Source: Promethearchaeota archaeon
Lineage (GTDB): Archaea > Asgardarchaeota > Odinarchaeia > Odinarchaeales > JBHLKK01
Reading direction: 5' to 3'
Length of the DNA: 32,000 nt
NCBI GenBank assembly: GCA_048939465.1
Contig: JBHLPL010000007.1
Coordinates: forward strand, 1-32,000
Position numbers and translations under genes: made by a program. A model generated the notes under the pieces. That model was not told where the DNA came from and did no database searches. It saw only the letters and a program-made list of their open reading frames with translations. Positions 9,071-16,216 of the stretch are shown piece after piece (position 1 is the stretch's first letter; every line of letters starts with the position of its first letter).

Positions 9071-9514
9071 ATGAAGAATGTAATAATCAGAAAGGCTAGT
9101 AAGAGTGACATATCCGATCTACTTACGCTAGCTGAAGAGTTCATGCCCAAAGAGGCCTCCATAGAATCCAGGACGGCTGCCCTAAACGACGCGCTCGCCA
9201 GCCCGCGTTATGAGATTTTTGTAGCAGACTCGGATGGACAGATTATGGGCTTCATTGATCATTGGATCACTTCGGATTTCACTCATGGAGGAAAAACAAG
9301 TTTTATACATAATCTCTACATTGGCCCCAATTTCAGGAGAAAGGGAATAGGGTCAAAACTGCTCCAGAGAATAATAGAAAGCTCTATGAAAAAAGACGTT
9401 GTCGAGATACATGTGGCCACTGAGTTTGAAAACAGACCTGCCATAGCATTATACAAGGGTCACGGCTTGACAAACGAAGCACTTCAACTCGAGAAGGAAC
9501 TATCGCGACGATGA
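9071..9514 (+). CDS. GNAT family N-acetyltransferase
   Basis: IRKA, IHNLYIGPNFRRKGIGSKL (acetyl-CoA motif A), N.PAIALYK.HG. Confidence 0.92.
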   Translation: MKNVIIRKASKSDISDLLTLAEEFMPKEASIESRTAALNDALASPRYEIFVADSDGQIMGFIDHWITSDFTHGGKTSFIHNLYIGPNFRRKGIGSKLLQRIIESSMKKDVVEIHVATEFENRPAIALYKGHGLTNEALQLEKELSRR

Positions 9515-9593
9515 AGTCTCTATCAGATATCTATTTAAACAAATAGTATATAGCCTCAAAAAAATCGATTCAGGTAGTTGTGAGTGAAAAAGG

Positions 9594-10034
9594 ATGAAGA
9601 AGTACAATTTCACCTTTGAAGAAGCAATTATCGTGATCACTGACGAAAACAACTGCAGGATAGGCGAGTTCATTCCGGAGATCGATTGGGAAAGCATCCC
9701 TAGGGATTCGTTAGAACTAGGAGAAGCTCCAGTCTTTCAATTTGGGATACTAACTGTTACTGCGATCGCATTTCCTCGTCATTTTGTGGAGGAGTTATTC
9801 GGTGAAGGTGAAAGCATCTTGAAGCTTAAGAAAACCCTGAAGCACTATCTTAAAGAAGCTGACTTCTGGATCCGGATTCTGAAAGAACACCCAGAGATGA
9901 GAGTTGTTAGTGACGGATATGCTGATTTTAAGTGCGAAGTCTTTGTAAGCTTCGATGCTCCGACAAACGACATAAGAAAGGTAGGAAAGAGACTGACCCA
10001 AATTCTAGATGTTCTCCCTAAATATGATAGATGA
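9594..10034 (+). CDS. Hypothetical protein
   Basis: 146-aa ORF filling the gap, ATG behind AAAAGG, protein-like composition; no family recognised. Confidence 0.6.
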   Translation: MKKYNFTFEEAIIVITDENNCRIGEFIPEIDWESIPRDSLELGEAPVFQFGILTVTAIAFPRHFVEELFGEGESILKLKKTLKHYLKEADFWIRILKEHPEMRVVSDGYADFKCEVFVSFDAPTNDIRKVGKRLTQILDVLPKYDR

Positions 10035-10037
10035 ACT

Positions 10038-10970
10038 CTAAGGCTTAGGAATTGCCAAATCCCTTGGTCCCTTACCGGAGAGCTTGACTTCTGGACAATT
10101 CTTCTCAACGATATCCCTTATTATTTCTGCATATTTCACCTTCTCTCGAGCCATAAAAGCAAGCCAATCTGGGCTAACCCAAGGTTTGTAAGAATTACCC
10201 ACTGTGGGGCCAGGTTCAATTTTGAAATATACGGGGGCACATGTCCTTGCAATTTCTGGAGTATCATAGAATCTGACAAACCCACCGAAGCTGTCGAATA
10301 GATAGACATGAACATCTATCGGCATGCTGACTGAAGCTCTGATGGCGGCAAGTTGAGGTAGTGACAAGTCTCCCAGTGGATTGAATGTTGATGCACCAAG
10401 TATTTCAAGGACTTTTCCTCCTGCTGGGTTACCGTGACCTGCGAAAATAGAAACCTTCAGAACCACATCCTTTGGGATTTCCCCAATTTTCTTCAATTCG
10501 TTCAAGACCCACAAGAGTCCTTCATCGATGACAAGAAAACCTCTAAATCCAAACTCGATTGTTCTTTTAATATCTGCAATCACCTGTGCCAGCTGCTCTG
10601 ATCCCCGGAACCGCATCCCTGACAAGGCCCCCTCAGGAGTAACGATTTGTCTTCCGACATCCCACGGGGATCTCGGTCCGGGAGTGATAATTACCTCCAT
10701 TTTGGCGTCCGCAGCCGTTTTTGCAAACGCTTGAAGTTCCTCATCTGAAAGAAGTGTCGAACCCATAACCGTTGAGATTAACCTGTGAACAGGAACATCT
10801 CGCTTCTCGGCTTCATCGATCAAGGCCTCCAAAGTTGAAGGTCGTTCAACACCACTAATCTCCATTCGGTAATGGCATCCGTCTGGAAAACGTTTTTCTG
10901 AGGACGGAAGATCGTACCTGTCTCTTCCTGGGATTCCAATCTTTTCCAGCGCTTTTCTAACATTCTCCAT
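10038..10970 (-). CDS. Conserved TIM-barrel protein of unknown function (usually annotated as U32-peptidase-like)
   Basis: Motifs LPSSEKRFPDGCHYRMEI, TPGPR..WD, RFRG.EQL, GFRGFLVIDEGLLW, KVSIFAGHGNP, DLSLPQLAAIR, GGFVRFYD.PEIAR. GGAGGGG SD upstream (start ATG 10970 or TTG 10976). Confidence 0.75.
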   Translation of the reverse strand: MENVRKALEKIGIPGRDRYDLPSSEKRFPDGCHYRMEISGVERPSTLEALIDEAEKRDVPVHRLISTVMGSTLLSDEELQAFAKTAADAKMEVIITPGPRSPWDVGRQIVTPEGALSGMRFRGSEQLAQVIADIKRTIEFGFRGFLVIDEGLLWVLNELKKIGEIPKDVVLKVSIFAGHGNPAGGKVLEILGASTFNPLGDLSLPQLAAIRASVSMPIDVHVYLFDSFGGFVRFYDTPEIARTCAPVYFKIEPGPTVGNSYKPWVSPDWLAFMAREKVKYAEIIRDIVEKNCPEVKLSGKGPRDLAIPKP

Positions 10971-11102
10971 TTGCAAGTTATCCCCTCCTACTAAGTGATA
11001 AGCATTATTAATTAGAATGAAGGTATTAATTCTTTTCTGAATTTGATTCATGAACATGAAGAACTACGCTTGGTGAGGTATGAAGCCCTGAGGGTGTAAA
11101 CT

Positions 11103-12536
11103 ATGAAGGAATTCAGACTCAAAGGTATTATGCCGGCGCTTGTTACGCCATTCACCAGAACAGGTGAGGTTGATCCAGGAGCATTCAAAAGACTGATTCG
11201 GTTTGTGATCGAAGAAGGAGTTACAGGTATCCTGGCTGGTGGTACGACAGGTGAGTTCATAAATCTCTCGTTAGAGGAAAGGAAGGCCACAATCAATCTT
11301 GCTGTAGACGAATCGAATGGACGTGTTCCTGTCATCGCCGGAACAGGTCATAGTTCCACAAGACAAACAATTGAGCTAAGCAATTACGCCTACGATGCTG
11401 GAGCTGATGCAGGATTGGTCGTAGCTCCCTACTATCTAGGAGCCGCAGATAAGAGCCTTTATGAGCATTTCTATCGAGTTGCTGAGGCCGTTGAACTTCC
11501 TCTGATTCTTTATAACATCCCCCAGTGTGCCGGTAATTATATTCCGCGTGAGGTCGTCGAGGATCTGGCCGCCATAGACAACATAGTTGGAATGAAGGAT
11601 AGTAGTGGCAACTTCCCCTACTTGATGAGCCTTCTTGAAAAAGTCGGGGACAAGATCAGTATAGTCGTTGGATATGATGAGATTGTTTTTCCTGCTTTGG
11701 TAGCTGGAGCACAAGGTGCCATCCTGGCCAGCGCCAATATTATTCCCGACATCTGGCTAAAGATATATGATGCCGTGCAAAGCAACCATCTAGCTGAAGC
11801 TCGAAAGCTTCAGATGGAGATTCAAAAACTAACCAGGATAATTACCCGTCATGGTGGGGCACTCCCCGTCAAATCTGCTTTAAAAATGATGAATCACAAA
11901 GTGGGCAAAACCAGGATGCCTATTGTCAGCGGAGGTTCTCTAACCTGGGAAGTCAGAGAAGAAATGAGGTTGGAGCTTGAGAAACTAGGCAAGATTAGAG
12001 CTGCGATGAAAAGGATTGAAAAAGTGGCAGAGCCCGTTAAGGAGCGTTTTAGGGACCTCGGTATAACGGTCGGTGACATTTCATCGCAGAGTCTTAAGAT
12101 AGGAGAGGGTTCGGCCGGTGATGGTGCCGAATTCGTTGAAGCAAGCATCGTTGCAGGATCATCTGAAGGAGTTGTTGGAGAAGGATATGCCACTGCGTTA
12201 ACTTGCCCAAGACCCGGTTATGAAGCCTTGACTGTTATTCTGGAGCCAAACCTGATGGTGAGGCCTCCAACAATAATCGTTCCGGAAGTCGAGATTAAAG
12301 ACATGAGACAGGCAAGTATGATCTATGGTCCCGTACAGGCTGCTGCCGGAATGGCGATACTGGAGAATCTTAGGAATAGGATAATCCCAGAAGATGCAAT
12401 TAGCAAGAATGTAATGATCCTAAAGATTTTTGCTCATCCTAGGGCCATTGATCGTTATAGTCTTTACTGGAACTGCTACGAGGCGATAGGAAAAGCTGTC
12501 AAGAGTGCTTGGCAAGGAGGAGAAAAAAATGAGTAA
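11103..12536 (+). CDS. Fusion: DapA/NAL-family class I aldolase (aa 1-298) + Fae-like domain (aa ~331-473, from nt 12093), paralog A
   Basis: GTTGE, PYY, LYNIP, KDSSG (Schiff-base K165). The C-terminus IGEG.AGDG.E...PNLMVRPPT...YGPVQ...IIPED...IFAHP aligns with Fae. Confidence 0.88.
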   Translation: MKEFRLKGIMPALVTPFTRTGEVDPGAFKRLIRFVIEEGVTGILAGGTTGEFINLSLEERKATINLAVDESNGRVPVIAGTGHSSTRQTIELSNYAYDAGADAGLVVAPYYLGAADKSLYEHFYRVAEAVELPLILYNIPQCAGNYIPREVVEDLAAIDNIVGMKDSSGNFPYLMSLLEKVGDKISIVVGYDEIVFPALVAGAQGAILASANIIPDIWLKIYDAVQSNHLAEARKLQMEIQKLTRIITRHGGALPVKSALKMMNHKVGKTRMPIVSGGSLTWEVREEMRLELEKLGKIRAAMKRIEKVAEPVKERFRDLGITVGDISSQSLKIGEGSAGDGAEFVEASIVAGSSEGVVGEGYATALTCPRPGYEALTVILEPNLMVRPPTIIVPEVEIKDMRQASMIYGPVQAAAGMAILENLRNRIIPEDAISKNVMILKIFAHPRAIDRYSLYWNCYEAIGKAVKSAWQGGEKNE

Positions 12537-14007
12537 GAGAAAAGGCGGCTGGCTAAAGGGAGTCATGCCCGCTCTCATAACCCCGTTTGATAAGAAAGGA
12601 GAAATCAAGGAGGATTCGTTAAGAACTCTTGTGAACTACACTCTTGAATGTGGGGTTACCGGCGTTGTTCCGGTAGGTACCACGGGAGAATTCGTCAACC
12701 TATCAATCGAAGAACGAGAAAGGGTCTACGATATCGTTATTGATCAAGTGAATGGCAAAGTTCCTGTGATAATTGGTTCGGGTGATAGCGGTACCAGAGA
12801 GGTAATTCAGCTAACAAGGTACGGAAAGGATGCTGGGGCTGACGCAGCGCTTGTTGTCACTCCATACTTTTTGAAGCCAACCTACAAGGAGATTTTTGAG
12901 CATTTCAAGAAAGTCTCTGAAGAAGTAGACTTCCCGATAGTACTGTATAATATTCCTGCCTGTACTGATGTTCATATCGGTTGGTGGACGGTCGAGGGAC
13001 TCGCTGATCTTGAGAACATAATTGGTATCAAGGATAGTAGCGGAAACATGTCTTTCATCATGACTCTGATGGAGAAGGTAAAGAAGAAGATTGCTGTAAT
13101 GTGCGGCTGGGATGAGATCGGCTTTCCTGCTTTGGCTGCCGGAGCAGATGGTCTAATTTTGGCAAGCGCGAATCTGATTCCGGACATCTGGATCGATCTC
13201 TATAACGCAGTTAAGGGCGAGGATTATGAGAAGGCCCGAAATCTACAGCTGAAAATACAGAAACTTGTAAGAATAGTCTGTAGACAAGGAGCAACTGAAG
13301 CTGTTAAGACAGGTCTGCAAATGATGGGTTTCGACGTAGGTTTTTCGCGTAAGCCAGTCGTAACGGGAGATATATTCCGCTATGAAGACCGCGAGGAATT
13401 GCGTCTGCAATTGGAAACCTTAAACAAAATAAGATCCAAGAGAATATCAATCTGTATTGACTCAAAAATTACTGAGAGTATGGTTGCTGCTATTCCTGAA
13501 ACACCTGATACAATTCAAGATTTCGCTTTGAAAGTCGGTGAAGCTTTGGCAGGCCCCCCTTCGTTTGAAGTTGCCCATATTGACCTTCTTATCGGGAAAA
13601 AAGATGGACCCTTAAAAAAGGCTTGCGATAAGGCATTGTCCAATAAAATAATGGGACATGAACCGAAAGTTGTGCTTCAAAGACCGCTTACTCTTCTGAT
13701 ACCGACCGTCTCGGTCAGAACAGAGAAGCAGGCAGCACACGTTTATGAGTTTGCCTCAAAAGGAGTAGCAAGAGCTGTAGAAGCAAGCGTGAAGGATGGT
13801 ATAGTTCCTGAAGAAATCTTGGATGAAATACTTCTAATTGCAAATGCTTTCGTGCATCCAACAGCTGTCAATGAGAAGAGGATATATTTTAACAATTACA
13901 AAGCAATGAGACATGCGATAAGGAAGGCCCTTGAAGAACGGCCGACAATTGATGAGCTTCTCCGCCTAGGTGAAACTGCCCGACACCCCTTCAGATACAC
14001 TCCCTAG
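12529..14007 (+). CDS. Fusion: DapA/NAL-family class I aldolase + formaldehyde-activating enzyme (Fae) domain (from nt ~13528), paralog B
   Basis: GTTGE, LYNIP, KDSSG (K168). Fae motifs VGEALAG..EVAHIDLLIG, FVHP, NNYKAM..AI.KAL, C-terminal HPF. ATG 12529 has GGAGG at 12516-12520 and overlaps the paralog A stop by 8 bp. Confidence 0.92.
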   Translation: MSKRKGGWLKGVMPALITPFDKKGEIKEDSLRTLVNYTLECGVTGVVPVGTTGEFVNLSIEERERVYDIVIDQVNGKVPVIIGSGDSGTREVIQLTRYGKDAGADAALVVTPYFLKPTYKEIFEHFKKVSEEVDFPIVLYNIPACTDVHIGWWTVEGLADLENIIGIKDSSGNMSFIMTLMEKVKKKIAVMCGWDEIGFPALAAGADGLILASANLIPDIWIDLYNAVKGEDYEKARNLQLKIQKLVRIVCRQGATEAVKTGLQMMGFDVGFSRKPVVTGDIFRYEDREELRLQLETLNKIRSKRISICIDSKITESMVAAIPETPDTIQDFALKVGEALAGPPSFEVAHIDLLIGKKDGPLKKACDKALSNKIMGHEPKVVLQRPLTLLIPTVSVRTEKQAAHVYEFASKGVARAVEASVKDGIVPEEILDEILLIANAFVHPTAVNEKRIYFNNYKAMRHAIRKALEERPTIDELLRLGETARHPFRYTP

Positions 14008-14088
14008 AATCGTATTCTGATACAAGGTATTTATACGCTGGCAGACATAATGTCTCCAAAGAGTGAATTCTGGGGAGAGTAGCTCATT

Positions 14089-15429
14089 TTGGATAAGAAA
14101 ATAGTTGGCATTGCAGTCGCTGCAGTCATAGTGATAGGTGTCGGAGTTTCTGTCTGGTATTTCGTCCTGTTGCCCATGAATCCTCCGGAGAAGTGGGGTC
14201 TTGTTCTTGCCGCATCAAATGACTTCCATGGTGACAAAGATATGAGCATCCCGAATTCAGGTTTTGAGTTAGATCCATATGATCCATCTCCTTGGGAACC
14301 CAATGTATCGAGCGGTACATCTTGGAATATAGATACCACTGAAAGCCATAGTGGTCAGAATTCGTTGAAAATTAACTCATCTAATCCTGCTGGTGATTCT
14401 GAGGTTTACCTACAGGCTCCTATAATGATAACACCGGGTCTTGAGTATATTCTCCGTGGCTGGATAAAAACTAGCAACGTTATCGGCTTCGCTACTATAG
14501 GACTATGGTGGCTAAACAGCGGAGCCCCTCCATCACCAGTCAACATTGTTTCCAAGGTTTATTCAACACCTGGACTGAACGGAACAAACGACTGGACACT
14601 GCTTACACTCTCTGCAGTCGCACCACCTACTGCTACCTTTGTCACTCCTATTCTGAGACTGAAAGGCACCGGAGTTGCTTGGTTTGATGACATTTCATTC
14701 TTTGGGGTGTTTCAAACTCTTGTAACCGATTCAGATGCTTATCCTTCTCAAGCTCTTCAGGCTTACTATATACTCAAAGGCAATGGCTATGACGATAATC
14801 ACATAATTCTAATGCTCTACCACACAAACGATAGTGTCATAGACATATATGGCACCGGAGCAAACGATCTTACGAATGCTACAGTCGATGTGGAAAATGA
14901 TAATGTGAATAAAAGCAGATTCTCTTCCGAAGTCTTGAGTTTGGCATCCTTGGCTGATATCAACGATGATGTATTGATATATGTTGTGGCACATGGCTCT
15001 CGCACTGGAGACATAGCATCGATTCATTTCGAGTCAGATGGCAGTTCTATGAACGAGACGGAGTTCTCAACTCTTATAAACCAATTTAATTGCAGCAGGA
15101 TGACCATTCTGGTTGATGGTTGCTACACTGGCAACTTCATAAGTTCTCTGAACGCTCCAGGTGAAAGTAGGATATCAATTTCAGCTGCAAGTAATATCAC
15201 GGCATGGTACTGGACTTCTTCAAATGCTAGCCACTATGCTGGCTCGTGGTTCTTCCATCCATTCTGGGAGAGACTCAAAACTGGAGTTAGCATAGGCTCT
15301 GCGCATCAATATGCGATTGGAACTATTCCGACGACAGTTGGACCATTTGCAAACACCACTGTGGATGATATTCAAAGCCCGATTCTGCAGGACAACGCAC
15401 TTGATGCGAACACCTACACATTCCTCTGA
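14089..15429 (+). CDS. Membrane-anchored caspase/C13 (legumain)-fold peptidase-like protein with inserted CBM4/9-like (galactose-binding-like) domain
   Basis: N-terminal TM; KWGLVLAAS strand; IPNSGFE...W...SLKI...WFDDISF insert; AYYIL..NGYDDNHIILM; dyad motifs AHG (14992) and DGCYTG (15121). Confidence 0.72.
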   Translation: MDKKIVGIAVAAVIVIGVGVSVWYFVLLPMNPPEKWGLVLAASNDFHGDKDMSIPNSGFELDPYDPSPWEPNVSSGTSWNIDTTESHSGQNSLKINSSNPAGDSEVYLQAPIMITPGLEYILRGWIKTSNVIGFATIGLWWLNSGAPPSPVNIVSKVYSTPGLNGTNDWTLLTLSAVAPPTATFVTPILRLKGTGVAWFDDISFFGVFQTLVTDSDAYPSQALQAYYILKGNGYDDNHIILMLYHTNDSVIDIYGTGANDLTNATVDVENDNVNKSRFSSEVLSLASLADINDDVLIYVVAHGSRTGDIASIHFESDGSSMNETEFSTLINQFNCSRMTILVDGCYTGNFISSLNAPGESRISISAASNITAWYWTSSNASHYAGSWFFHPFWERLKTGVSIGSAHQYAIGTIPTTVGPFANTTVDDIQSPILQDNALDANTYTFL

Positions 15430-15432
15430 CAC

Positions 15433-15449
15433 TTCCCCTTTTTTCTATT
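15433..15449 (+). terminator. Possible archaeal oligo(T)/pyrimidine-tract terminator
   Basis: TTCCCCTTTTTTCTATT immediately after the stop at 15429. Confidence 0.35.
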
Positions 15450-15546
15450 CTGCCGGTCTCAACTTTTCAAAAGTAAGTTCTAGCAAAAGAAGGATTCTGG
15501 CAGAAGACAAAACTTAAGAACGGGAAAGACTCTAGTCATCAATTGT

Positions 15547-16038
15547 ATGGAGAACTCAATAGAGGGGAAGAGTCAGTTTTCGAATCCGCTGTTTGTGAGG
15601 GCTCTAGTCTTCAGTCTTGCTTTGGGATTTATTCGTGGTATTCAAGGAGTACTCATTTACCTGTTTATGTTCGGTGGGCTTGATTTCGCTTCATATTCTG
15701 TACTCGTTCAGGTTCCAGGGATTATTGCATTTCCCATAATCAACCCTATTCTGATCATGCTAGGGTTCTATAAATTAGGAGGAAATGTCTATCCGAAGAT
15801 ATCTCTTGCCTTAGTGGCCCGCTTGACAATTGCTGGCAACTTCGTTGGCTATTTCTCCGCCCGCTTGCTAACACAGCTAATCATTCCAGAATCGCTTATT
15901 CTTTACTTCTCAAATTTCCAATCTGATTTGTATACCCCATTCAGCCTGTTCTTCATAGAGTTTACAGCCTTTGCAATAGCATGGATAAAGCTTTTGAAGA
16001 GAAGCACTCCTCAGGAACCTGGATCTATGCCTGCATAA
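15547..16038 (+). CDS. Hypothetical membrane protein (4 TM)
   Basis: 163 aa with four hydrophobic helices. Confidence 0.65.
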   Translation: MENSIEGKSQFSNPLFVRALVFSLALGFIRGIQGVLIYLFMFGGLDFASYSVLVQVPGIIAFPIINPILIMLGFYKLGGNVYPKISLALVARLTIAGNFVGYFSARLLTQLIIPESLILYFSNFQSDLYTPFSLFFIEFTAFAIAWIKLLKRSTPQEPGSMPA

Positions 16039-16176
16039 AACTACTGGCTATTGCTGTTTCCTGTGGGGACTGTTCAATTCCCCGTATGGAATTCGACATT
16101 ATTTGATGCTTTATGTTGACGCTACCATCAAGGGCTTTGCACTTCCATCTTTAGTTTCGGTAAAGTCCTAGAACGA

Positions 16177-16184
16177 TTTATAAG
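16177..16184 (+). promoter_or_regulatory. Putative TATA box of uvrA
   Basis: TTTATAAG preceded by purine-rich GAACGA, about 35 nt before the start. Confidence 0.45.
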
Positions 16185-16216
16185 CTCAAACATAGTTCAC
16201 CTTTTATTAGGCGACG

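Noticed and set aside
9531-9546. CTATTT-AAAC-AAATAG inverted repeat over a TATA-like site
   Set aside because: A 6-bp AT-rich arm is not distinguishable from chance.
11103-14007. Lysine-biosynthesis dihydrodipicolinate synthase (dapA) calls
   Set aside because: Arg138 is replaced by Cys in both copies, both carry Fae fusions, and there are no dapB/asd/lysC neighbours.
16064-16084. GGGGA...GTTCAATTCCCC resembling a tRNA T-arm
   Set aside because: Stem and loop spacing are wrong and no D or anticodon arm is present. At most a weak 5-bp hairpin.
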